Positions 38,663 through 50,505 of a stretch of 57,046 bases of DNA are shown here, piece by piece (the stretch's first letter is position 1; each line of letters starts with the position of its first letter). The DNA is taken from positions 124,001-181,046 of the forward strand of contig RSEE01000122.1 in NCBI GenBank assembly GCA_003971905.1, written 5' to 3'. The position numbers and the translations under genes are program-made. Source of the stretch: Moniliella sp. 'wahieum'. Its lineage: Eukaryota. The notes under the pieces are model-generated. The model made no database searches. It saw only the letters and a program-made list of their open reading frames with translations, and had not been told where the DNA came from.

Positions 38663-41141
38663 TCATCCTACACGCCCCAACTCCCCCTCCTCCTCCTCCT
38701 CCTCCTCCGCCTCGCTTCCATCATCGGCATCCTCGCTCGCAGCCACCGTATAGGACCGTCCCAGGGGACTCCTCGACCACCCCTCTTCCGCCGGCCCACT
38801 TCCCGCCGTCGAGCGCGTCAGCTGGGTCGCTTGCGAGTACACTGACGACGGTTCCAACAGCGACACGGGTGGGCGGTAGGTCAATTTGTGGTGGCCAGGT
38901 GTCTGTTGCTGTTGCTGTAGCCGTTGTTGCTGTTGCTTGTTGTTGCTGTTGTTGCGGTAGGTCAAGTTGTTGGTGTTGGTGTTGGACTTGGTGTCGTACT
39001 TGTTGTTGCCGATGGCGGTGGTAGCTGCGGTAGCGGTGATGACGTTGCTGGCGCTGGTGGCGCTGGTGCTGGTGGTACGCACGGGCCTGTTGCTGGGCCA
39101 ATGTGCGGGCGAGTAACGTAGGTCCTCGTAAGGGGAGAGTATTAGTAGGAGACGCTGCTGATGCTCCTACCCCACCCGAAGGTGGTAATGCTAATGCTAA
39201 TGCTACCTCGTTTCTTGTACCTGTGCGTGGAGCTACCTCCCGGTCGGTGGGATGAGTGGGATGACCCATCGAGTCCACGTACGACGACAAGGTGAATGAT
39301 GACGATACTTTGATCGTGCTTTCAGTAGACGACTTGAAACGACCCGAGGCACCCCCCGAACGACCATCCGAGTCGCCTTCAGAACCGCAATCGGAATCGG
39401 AATTGGAATTGGAACTGGAATTGGAATGGGACTGCGAAGTGGAATGAGAATCGGTAGTGGCGGTGTACTCGATCCCGCGTCGTCCTGAGGTAGAAGACCG
39501 AAGGCTGAATTGACTCTCTCGTTCCCAAGGCCAAGACGCAACGTCACGGTGGCCATGCGTAGCATCCTTCAGTGCCGGCGCAGCAGCCTTCCTTGTCGCC
39601 GTCGGCATCTTGGTCACCCTTCTCGTCGCCATCGTCACGTGGTTGGGAGGGCAACAGAAGAAGAAGGAACGGAAAGCAAGGAAGAAGGGTCCACCCCATG
39701 CATCACATCTGCCATACGCTTTTCGTCCTCCGAATCCTGCTCACTCGTCGATGCAGCAAGGGAAACCAAGTACTCCACTGGCTCCTCCCCCCGCCCGCTC
39801 GAGGGACGATGAAGGAAAGTATCATTGTGGTCCCATACCTTGGTCTCGTACAGGCACGAAGAGTGGGGGGTACAGCGTCCGACTCTGACTCTGACTCTGA
39901 CTCGGCCTCGCCTTCACACTCGAATTCGTCCTTGCACTCATGGCACTCTTCCGATACGGCCAAGATGGTGCCGTCGTGATCGAGAAACGAGGAGAGGTGA
40001 GCTGGATTACCGGACAAAGGTTGGAACATGGGAGGTCCCGCGGCTGTGTGGAACATCTTGGCCCGCACGACTCAGGGTTATGGGGTTGACGGTCGCGCGG
40101 CCCGGGCCTACACCCAAGGAGGTGGGGGGAGAAAGGCAAGAGGTAGAATGAGCGAGGTGGTGGGACGACATGTGGGGAACAGGGTGGTGGAGGACGGATG
40201 CAGTAGGGCGAGAGGGCAGTGGCTGGCGCATAAGAGCTGGGGTAGGTCCTACTGCCGTCGATGGCATGCGCTCATGGGGAACCGATCTTCAGGTACAAGC
40301 TGGTCCCATGGGGAGGAGGAGGGGGCAGCGCGACGGTCGATGTCCATGTCCATGTCCATGTCCATATTGGTTCGATCGGCCCAACGTGGGCCATACGAAG
40401 GAAAGTAGAGGGCAGAATGATCATACGAAGCATGCATACCCGAGGGGACGCCGTGCGCGCTGTACGCACCCGTGGAACGGTTGGACCCGTCGCCTAGGGT
40501 CCAATCGAGCGAGACGCGGGACATGCGGGAATCGAGGCGGTGGGCAAAAGACACTGTACGATTATGGGTGGCGATATGTGTCTTGCGCAGCAGTACGGAT
40601 AGCAGCACCACGAGCGCCACGAGGGGACAGACGATGGCCGCGGCCTTGCCTGCGGGTGTGAGGTGGCCATGGGTTGAGAAGACTGACGACGCTAGTGTGG
40701 GCGTGAGCGGGGGGCGGGTAAGCGTCAGCGGGAGGGCGATGGCTCGGGCAGAAGGCGGGGTGTAGGCAGCGACAAAGACGGTCCAGCGGGCGTCGCGGTG
40801 TCCCATGGCTGGTGCGGGTGCGGGACGAGGGTGAAGAAGAGGGAGGCGTTGGCCGACGGCGGGGTCGGTGACCCACCAGTAAGGCGCAAGCTTGATGTGC
40901 GCATGGCCGGCGTTGGTGGCGAGGCGGCGCCAGGCATGGAGCGGCAGCAGCTGTGCTTCCGATGACGCGCGGTAGACGTACAAGTCGAGCGCAGGCCACG
41001 GCGCCCAGCAGCGCCCATCCCAGCGCACGTCGGTCGTCTGCGCCGTGTCGACGACGGCTGCGGCGCGGGGGCGGTGTAGCCGTGGCCGAGCAGACACGCG
41101 GTGCGCGTCTCGGCGGTGGTGTTGGTGGTGGGGATGGCCAT
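38663..41141 (-). CDS. Uncharacterised single-pass membrane protein with low-complexity tail
   Basis: MAIPTTN start; TM segment AAAIVCPLVALVVLLSVLL followed by RK; DSRMSRVSLDW; Ser- and Gln-rich tail; frameshifted. Confidence 0.6.
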
Positions 41142-41430
41142 GGCGGAGGGGGGGGGAGGGAACGAGAGAGACGAGAGGGGTGCATATATATACCTCCTCG
41201 CCCGAAGCATGGCCAGCTGCATGCGCCCCGCACTGCAGCGCACGCCGGCTGCCACAGGCGCCGTGCGGGTGCGCTGGGGGGGCTAGGGTTGGGTGCTAGG
41301 GTTGGGCGTGTGCGCGACGCGCTGCGACGCGTGTTCTGAACGCCACTCAATCTTCAATCAATCTTCAGACGGCTACTCAAATTACTCGACCGACAGCCAC
41401 CACATGCATTTGCATTCTTTTCCCACCGCC

Positions 41431-44400
41431 ATGGCCGACGACTTTTTGCCGCCGCGCCCCTCTTCTTCCCCGACCTCGACGACGAGCACGCTCCCCCCGT
41501 CGAGTACGTCCCTCCCGTCGCTGAGCACGACCCTCCCACCGCCGAGCACGACCCTCCCGCCGCCTCGCCCCCTCCGCCTCCTCCGCGCCGCAGCAAACGC
41601 ACCCACACCACCGCCTTCCCCCCTCACCCGCCGCTTGCCCGCCGATCCAGCCCGGGGGACCAACCAGCCTCTTCGCCCGCGGCCGCCGTCGTGGTCAGTG
41701 ACTCGGACTCGTCCGACCCGACCCCCTCCGCAGCCGCAGCCGCAGCCGCAGCCGCAGCCGCACCCAGCCCAGCACCGGACCTGCAGCTGGGCCAGCCCGC
41801 GACGTGCGCACGCACCGAGGGCGAGACGGCGTTGCTGGCTTTGCCGTGGGAGCGGGTGTACATGGGTGCGTTTGTGGTGCAGGCGTGGTCGACGGTGAGT
41901 GGGTCTGGGTGGCTTCGGATTGGGGACCGGGTGGATCTGGTGAACCAGGTGGACCAACCAGGTTCCAAGGTCGCGTCCACCCCTGCCCCGCGAGCCAAGA
42001 AGAGTAAACAGACCACTTTGGCCGCTGCGTTTTCCGCGCCCAACAAGGCCACCTCCCTCGCTCACCTCAAGAAGCGCGACAGTAACATTCTCATTCGCTT
42101 TACCAATCCGCAGGGGTTCGAGGTGGGTCGTGTGTTGAAGCAGCACGCGGCCTGGTTGGCCAAGCTCATGCGCCACCACCTCGTTCACCTCCAGGGTAAC
42201 GTCGTGGACTGTCCTTCGCGGTTGGAGATGGGGTCGGACGTGTTGTTGTCGCTCGACGTGTACCTTTTGCGCCACGTTTTTCTCGATGCAGGTACCTACA
42301 CTTTTTCGCCCCGTCGACGACCTTTCGGGCATGCGTACCACCCGCCGCGAGCAGCTAGATGGGTTCGAGTCGGAGCGGGAGTACGAGCTGGCACAGCGCA
42401 AGAACATGTTCCTCTCGCTCTTTGACCAGCTCAACATGCGTCCCAAAACCAACAAAAGGATACCCAGTGGATGCCGATCGGTAAGGGCGTGCAACAGCCC
42501 CTGCCCCCTTCCGAGGGGGGGACAACGACGAGCCCGCACCCGATGGTACCGAAGTCAGTGCCGACTTGGTTGGTCAGTTATTCCATTCCGCTGCTACTGA
42601 GTTCCTCCCCGACCCGTCCCAACGATTTGCCCAGGGCGACCGGCTACCGCCTTTGCCGGAAAAGGAGCCTCCAGCGAGCTTTGCACTGCACCTCCGGCCG
42701 TACCAGAAACAAGCGCTGTGGTGGATGGATGCAATGGAGAGTGCTACGTCCAACGCGCCTGCACCCGGATCGGAACAGCTTGGTAACGAACATCTTCACC
42801 CGCTTTGGAAAGAGTACGTCTTGCCCCCTCCACCGGACGGGGACGCAGAACAGGAACAGGTCGCTCCCCGACAAGTTTACTTCAAGTACGTTCTTTCCCC
42901 AATATAAGTTCTGGGTTTTGGATTCTGGGTATGGATGGCTGACCACTCATCTCCCCCTCTCCTCTCTCTCTCTCTCGATCCCTAGTCCCTACACGGGCGA
43001 TTTGCGCGTCACCTTCCCTGCTGCCGGCAAGGGGTCTCGCGGGGCATTTTGGCGGACGAGATGGGTCTGGGCAAGACAGTGATGCTAGCCAGCTTGCTGC
43101 ACACCAATCCGCCTTTGAGTTCGAGTTCGGCAGAGGAGTGGGACGGGATTGGACCGCTAGCCGAGGTAGTGAGGCGGGGCACGTTCCCACGCGGTCGGGC
43201 AACGCTGGTTGTGGCGCCCATGTCGCTGATTGGGCAATGGCAAGACGAGCTCGCACGAGCGAGCAAGAAAGATACGTTACGTGTACAATTGTACTATGGT
43301 TCGAAGACCGATACATTTCCTGCGCTTCTGCAGCGGGGCAAGGTGGATGTGGTGATAACTTCCTATGGCACTTTGGCTTCGCAGTGGCATGCGCTCACGC
43401 CCCTCCTGGCCGAGATGGAGGGTACGAGCGACGGGCGGAAAACATTGTTGGCCAAGCAAATTCAACGTACCTGTCCTCTGTTTGGTGTGGCGTGGCACCG
43501 GGTCGTGCTGGACGAGGCACATGTGATACGTAACCGTGCGACGCAGACGGCGCGTGCGACGGCAGCGTTGCAAGCTACACGACGGTGGTGTTTGACCGGG
43601 ACACCAATTGTGAATCGGTTGACAGACTTGTTCCAACTGCTTGCGTTTCTGCGTGTTGAGCCATGGGGCAACTGGGCCTTCTTTCATGCGTTGGTGGCAC
43701 AGCCGTTCCAGGCCAAGAACCCCGCCGCTTTGGACATTGTCGCAGCCATTTTATCTTCGACGTTGTTACGGCGGGAAAAACGGATGCGGGACGAGGAGGG
43801 CCGTCCGATCGTTGCGCTCCAAGCAAGACGTACGACGTGCAGGAACTGGCACTGTCTCCGTCGAGCGCGAAATTTACGACAACGTCTATGCGCAGGCTAA
43901 GCGACGGTACGATCGTTTGGTCCAGCATGGCTGGGGACGTAAAGTCAGTTTAATCTTTGCTGTACTGATGCGTCTTCGACAAGCTGTTTGTCACCCTGCC
44001 CTCGTACCCTGTTACAACGATGACGATGCAGTACAGGATGACGCATGGAGCGAGTCGGACGACGATGCCCAAGTCGAACGTAAAACGAATGCTTTGATTG
44101 CCGATTTGGTCCGCCGCTTTGGTCACGACAATAAAGACCAGCCTGATTTTGCCCGCCGCGCACTGGAAGACTTGACACGTACCCAGCGTCCCCGTCCTGT
44201 TGCTGCGTGTGATTCGGACGAGCAAGAGCGGACCGACGAACGGGCGGAGCGGGCGGAGCGGGCGGAGCGGGCGGAGCGGGCGTTGGGTTCTGCGGACGGT
44301 ACTGCAGATGGAACGAACAGTGCGGAGGGTGCAGACACCCTAAGAGAGATACCTGGGGCGGTTTCTCTGGACAAGGGGAAGGAGAAGGACAAAGAGACGG

Positions 44401-45241
44401 AGACCGAGATGGACATGGAGTGCCAGCTGTGCCTGGAAGAAGTAAAGGAGAAAGCCTACTTGCCCAAGTGCCTTCACTCGGCGTGCTACGACTGTTTGGT
44501 CGAAGTGATCCAAGCGGAGGAAGCACAGGCCATGTGCCCCTCTGTCCCATGTGTCGCGCAGGCCCGATTGGGATAGACGATTTGGTGCGCGTACCCAAGG
44601 AAGAGACATCAGCATCAGCATCGACATCGGCGTCAGCATCGGTCTCCGCCTCCTCTGCCTCCCCCGCGTCCGGATCCGACCCGGGCGCCGCGTCCGCGAG
44701 CACGCCACCCACTGGGGAGAGTCGGGAAAGCACCAAGGTGGCGACGCTGGTTCGTGCGTTGGAGCATCTGCGCGTCACGGAGCCCGAGTTTAAAGCGGTG
44801 GTATTTTCGCAGTTCACATCGTTTCTCGATATTGTGCAGACGGTGTTACGTCGTGCTGGGTTTGCGACGGTGCGGATTGACGGTCGACGTCGCAGTCTGC
44901 GCGAGCGGCGGCGGTGCGTCAGTTTGACGATTCGCACAGCGGTGTAAAGGTCATGTTGGCATCTACGCGTGCGGCAGGTGTGGGACTTAACTTGACACGT
45001 GCGAATCATGTGTGGTTATTGGACTGTTGGTGGAATGCGTCGACAGAGGAGCAGGCGGTGGACCGTGTGCATCGAATTGGTCACAACAAGGCCTGTTGTC
45101 GTACACCGTATCTTGATCCAGGACTCGATTGAGCAGCGTATCATGCTCATCCAGCAGCGTAAACAGGCGCTCGTCAATAATGCCCTGGGAAAACAGGGCG
45201 GCGACTTGCAGGAGAACTTGAAGTTGCTCTTTTCGGATTAG
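41431..45241 (+). CDS. RAD5: Rad5 HIRAN-SNF2 helicase-RING ubiquitin ligase
   Basis: HIRAN-like ILIRFTNPQGFEVGRV; LRPYQKQALWWM; ADEMGLGKT; VVLDEAH; LTGTPIVN; RING CQLC...CLHSACYDC...CPMC; VVFSQFTSFL; GVGLNLT; QAVDRVHRIG. Confidence 0.93.
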
Positions 45242-45845
45242 ACGCCTGCCTCTGTCCATCCAACAGGATCAGGATCCTGATCCAACTGCAAGTCCAGCCA
45301 TCCGAGGGCGATGTACTCAACTCGACGGGTCTCCTTGTTCGCTCCCATCTACCCCTCGGCCTCCTCGGCCTGCCCCCTTTCCATCGGTTATTTCCCATTG
45401 CCATCGCATTGCTACGAATGCATTCTTTCTCCTGCCGGGCCCACTGCGTCCCATTGGGGTTCTCGCGTTCCCTTTTCACTCCTCATCCTTTCTTCTGTAT
45501 CGCAGCAGAACCTCGTCGTAGGTTCTTCCCAAAGCAATGGATCCACCTCCTTCCCTCCCTGCAGTATATGGGAGGGGGCCGCAGACACCGTGGCCACAGA
45601 CCGCGACTCCAGCAGCCGTAGGACCCATACGAAGCTCACCTACACGTGCACTAACACACTAGTACCATCTTCTTCCTCCTCCCCCCCATCCTTCCCACTC
45701 TCCTGCTCATCCTAATACCAGGCAGACCGACCCCCACTTGTATGCAACTCGTATGCACCTCGTATACATCATTTTCTCGACCGTGGACTCTGGGCGGGTG
45801 CACGCCCCCCAAGCGGACTGGTCGAATCCGGCCTCGTACCTCTTC

Positions 45846-47041
45846 TTACATCTCCCCACACTCTGCATAGGTTCAGGTCCGCGTCAGTTCTCCCCCTCCT
45901 TGTCCTCGGTCTTCCTGTCGTGCCTGGGACAGACTGCGTCCCCCTCACCCCCTCGCTCCCACTCCGCCGCTAGGTGTAACCCCCTGGCGCACTCGCGCAC
46001 TCGCGCAGTAGAAGGGCGTATGACGTACCTGTAATTTTGACTTCGAGGCGAGGCCGGTTGTTTGTGCCAGTGGTGATGTTTTCGATACGGCGAACGGTGA
46101 GCATGCCATCGACCACCTTGCCAAATACCACATGTTTGTTGTTGAGAAATTCGGCTGGGGCAGTGGTGATGAAGAATTGGCTGCCGTTGGTGTTGGGACC
46201 GGAATTGGCCTGCTCGTCCAGCCCACGTGGGTACACCCCAAGAGTAAGTAGTCAAGAGTGAAGAGGAGAGTAAAGTGTAAATGGAAAAAAAAAACATACC
46301 AGCCAACGTAATCCGCAAACAGCAAACAATACACGCCGGATCATGCAACATCCAACGCAACAGCCAACATAAAACCAAACACAAAAGGAAAGCGTTAGTT
46401 TTGTCCTACTTGACCCTGCACAACCACCATCATCACTACCATCTGTGCTCGCATTGCCTTGTCTCCATGGGGCGCGCGCAGGTGGAGCACCAGGACGCGT
46501 GGAAGGAGACGGAGACGAAGGAGACGGAGACGCAGAAGGCAAAGGGGAAGACGTACCATACTGAGCAACCCAGGACCGGTATGTTTCTCGGTAAAGTTTT
46601 CGTCGGGAAAGGTAGGTCCGTAGATGGAGAAGGAACCTTTTCCGTCGCCCTCGGTAAAGTCGCCGCCTTGGATCATAAAGTCCTTGATGACGCGGTGGAA
46701 GGTGCTGCCCTTGTAGCCCATGGGGATGTGGTTGACCCTGGGCGCAAGGGAGCAACGACCAAGTGCCAATTCGTTCGTCAGACACACCACGGGAAGAGGG
46801 GCTGGGGGGACGTACCGATGCTCGCCCGTGCAGAGTTGGCGGAAGTTCTCGGCGGTCCTGGTGGAGGAGGAGGGAGGGTCAGATGTCAGACCGCGTCGCA
46901 GAGCACAGAGAGGACAGCATACTTGGGCACAACGTCGCTGAAGAGCTCCATCTTGATGCGGCCTGCCGGAGCATCGCCAATGGACACATCGAAGAACACC
47001 ACCGGACGGCCGTCGGGGCCAGCGCCCTTGATCTCCGCCAT
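45846..47041 (-). CDS. Cyclophilin-type peptidyl-prolyl isomerase (PPIH/cyclophilin H-like), 179 aa, 5 exons
   Basis: Exons 47041-46923, 46857-46816, 46737-46557, 46209-46029 and 45862-45846 splice in frame (540 nt): VVFFDVSIG...[13 protein letters not shown]...[15 protein letters not shown]...[15 protein letters not shown]...ECGEM-stop. Confidence 0.93.
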
Positions 47042-47257
47042 GCTTGGACGATCGCTTCAGAAACGCAGTCGCCTTGCTCTCCATTTCCCTGTCCAGAGGC
47101 CAGCCCTGCTGACCTAATCGCCTGCTGGCCCCCCCGGCCGTGCGGGGTGGCGCGGCGGAACAGGGCGGAATAAAATTTGTTTTTTTTGTTCGGGTGGCCT
47201 TGGGGGTTGGTGGATTGGGTTGGGTTGCGCTGCTCCATCCCCACCGCCTCCATCGCC

Positions 47258-49572
47258 ATGGGCAAGCGCAAGTCCACCGCCGAGTCCGCCGACCCGGCCC
47301 CCGCCGAGCCCACACACACCAACGACAACCACCACCACAAGCACAGAAGGACAAGATGGACAAGAAGGATAAGAAGGACAAGAAACGCAAGCACTCCCAC
47401 CCCGCTGCCTCGGCCACCTCTCCCCCGCCCACCACGGCTCCTGGCTTCGATGCCGATCTGGCCAACATCTTTGCCTCGGCCAGTACCGCTGCTGCTGCTT
47501 CTGCTCCTACCCCCGCTCCTGTCCCCGCTGCGGTGGTGGCACAAGAGAACGAGGACGAGAACGAGGACGAAGGGTTGCGTCCGGACCAGCTGGCTGCGTT
47601 CCGAGAGGAGTTGGGTTTGCCCGCGACCGACGCCGATGCTGGTGCCGAGGACAGTGCTGCTGAAGACGAAGACGAAGACGAAGATGCAGACGAAGACGAG
47701 GATTCCGACGCTGACACGCGCGCCGCTCTACGACCAGACACCGTGGGACCAAGAGCGCGACCGAGTCCAAGTCCAAGTCCAAAGGACGGGACCAGGTGTT
47801 GACGCCAGCCCAACGTGCGGAGCAAGATCGACACACCTTGTTCTTGGGCAACGTTCCGCTGTCCACACTCACGTCGCGCGCGGCACAACGACAATTGCGT
47901 ACGCACGTCGCATCGCTCTTCTACCTGGTCTACCACGTAGCGCACTAGCTTCACTGCGGTTCCGTTCTGTGCCGTTTGCCCAGCCCACCGACCCGGTCGG
48001 ACCCTCTGCAAACCGGGACGAACGTACGCGGTCGCATCGCCAAGCTGTTGCCCGTGCCGAACTGCAAGAGCAAGGTGAAAACCCACTTAGTCTCACGTAC
48101 CTCGCCCCCGGTCAAAAGCGCAAGATTGCTGCGATCAAGGCCGAGGTCAATCCGTTGGCTAGCTCCTGCAATGGGTACCTCGTACTTAACCCTGCTTTGG
48201 GCCAGATGCTCCCGGCTTCAGCTGAGGATGAGGCTGAGGATGAGGCTGACCGCGAAGCAAGCCCCGACTCGGACACCGACCTGCCCGCTTCGAAAGATAA
48301 AGACACGACCGACGTGGCTGGGAACGGGAGCGGGGCGGCCCAAACCCAAACTCCAACCCAAGCGATGGAAGTGCGTCTGGTAGCGGCCGTGTTGGCGTCC
48401 TTGGTGGACGGGACGTTATTCCAAGGCAAGCATTTACGTTCGGACTTGGCAGTTGGCTTGACGCCTGAGGAGCTGAGTTCTGGGGAACAAGTGTTACGGA
48501 GCAGTACGTCTCCTTTGGTGGTGAGTTTGCTCCCGATCCTGGTTCCTGCTCTACAGGCGATCCAGCCGAGCCACGATCCGAGCCGGACCGTGTTCGTTGG
48601 CAACGTCGACTTTCAAGCGTCGGAAGAAGATCTGCGTGTGTTCTTCGAAGCGACGTTGGTGCAGGAACGTGGACCTGCCATCACATCTTCCTCCACTTCT
48701 TCTGGGACAGGCTCATCCGGAGCGTGTTGGGTGCAAAGCGTACGGATCGTACGGGACAAAGCGACGCAGTTGGGCAAAGGGTTTGCCTATGTCCGTTTGG
48801 CCGACGAAGCCTGTGTAGACGAACTGATCGCACTAGCTCAAGCCGATGCTGAACGGTACCGTCTCGCACAACTTGCACATCGGAAAGCCGGTGCTTCGGA
48901 AAACGGTCACTCTCGTCCGTCCGTAAAGCGGACTCTGAAATTCATGAAACGCGCACTGCGCGTCTCGCGGTGCAAGAACTTACCCTCGTCCCGTCCTGGT
49001 TCTGGCGCTGGACATGGACATGGATCCCGTCCTGGTTCTGGCTCTGGATCGTCCACCGCCCACGGCATACGATGGACGCTCAAGGCGTACCGCCCACACC
49101 GCGAATGCGAGGCCGCTCCTCTGGTGCGCCTACGCCCGGTGGCACATCGCCCTTTGCGCGTCTGCCGCGTCGGACCATGGACAGTAGTCCGTCGCGCGCA
49201 CGTACTGCGGCGCGCACGACTGGGCCGCAAGTGCCTAGCCAAGCGGACCCTTCGGGATCGGGATTGGGTTCCGGATCGGGTTCGGGGATGGGGATGGGAT
49301 CTCCACGCCCTGTGCACCTGGAAGAAGGGAGCAAAGAAGCGTTGAAATGGGCCAAGAAGCACGATGTGCACCGTACGGCCAAGAGGTTGGCGAAGAAACA
49401 ACAGAAACGGATGGACCGTGCTGTTGTCGCTGCGACAGGTACAGCGTCCGGTAAGATCCCGCTCCAACAGGGTCGTCGGGCCAAGGCGTCGAAACCAGGT
49501 CAAGGCGGCAAACAGCCCAAGTCGAAATCCAAAAAACCGACGTCGAAGGCCGCTCATAAGGCTTCCAAGTAA
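47258..49572 (+). CDS. NOP12: Nucleolar RRM protein Nop12/RBM34-like
   Basis: Lys- and acid-rich N-terminus; [54 protein letters not shown]; basic C-terminus. Confidence 0.87.
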
Positions 49573-49741
49573 TTTTACTTCCATTATTCGTTTGGTGTGG
49601 TGAGATTCAATGCGTTGCCCAGGTTCGCTGGTTCGCTGGTTCGCTGGTTCGCAGGGTCCCAGGATCTTTCGGCTACGACAGGGCGGGAGGGGGGAGCGAA
49701 AACACAATACATGCTGGATTTGAGATTTGAGTTGTTTGCTC

Positions 49742-49790
49742 TGGTTTTGGGACTGGTTTTGGGACTGGTTTTGGGACTGGTTTTGGGACT
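49742..49790. repeat. 12-bp tandem repeat (TGGTTTTGGGAC) x4
   Basis: Read directly from the sequence. Confidence 0.9.
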
Positions 49791-50505
49791 GTGCCCTACT
49801 CAACTCAACTCGACCTACCTCACCTCACCTCAACTCGGCTGGGTTCTACGGTACCCGTGCCCCACCTCCCACTGAGCCTTTTGCTACGACCTAGTCTCCT
49901 CCGCGAGGTCAAACAAAACAAGACAAGACAAGACAAGATAAGACAAGATGTCCTGCGACAGGTTAAGACCTTTGATCCATATGAATGCAACCCATAACCA
50001 GAACCCTGAGACGGATGGATGTGTATGTGTAAAGTGTAAGTATGTGTGTGTGTGTGGGAGTGCGAGGGCGAGGGCGAGGGCGAGGACGAGGGCGAGAAGA
50101 TATCCTGAGAGAATCCTCCACCTGGGAAGGAACCCTCACCCGAGGAAGAGAGAAAAGAAAACACACCGCGAGAGGAGAGGAAGATAACAAGGAAGAAACC
50201 GGACTCCCGACCCCCGGACCCAACCCCAACCTAGAACCCACAAAGAAGAGCGTGTACATTCCGTTCCGGGTGTGAATCTTGTTGTTCTGGATACCGTTGA
50301 CAAGGACGTAGTTGTCGTTTCGTTGTGAGTTATGTTATCAATGTTAATGCTGTTAATGTTGACGAGGATGAGGATAAGGACAAGGATGAGGATGAGGATG
50401 AGGAGATGAGGATGGAGATGATGATGAGGATGAGGATGAGGACGATGATGGTTGGACAGGGGAAAAGCACTATACCGTGCACCACCAGTGTATATATTAG
50501 GGGTG

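Noticed and set aside
46395..48086. 563-aa minus-strand ORF and similar long overlapping ORFs
   Set aside because: Antisense shadow of GC-rich NOP12 running into cyclophilin exons and introns; not a separate gene.
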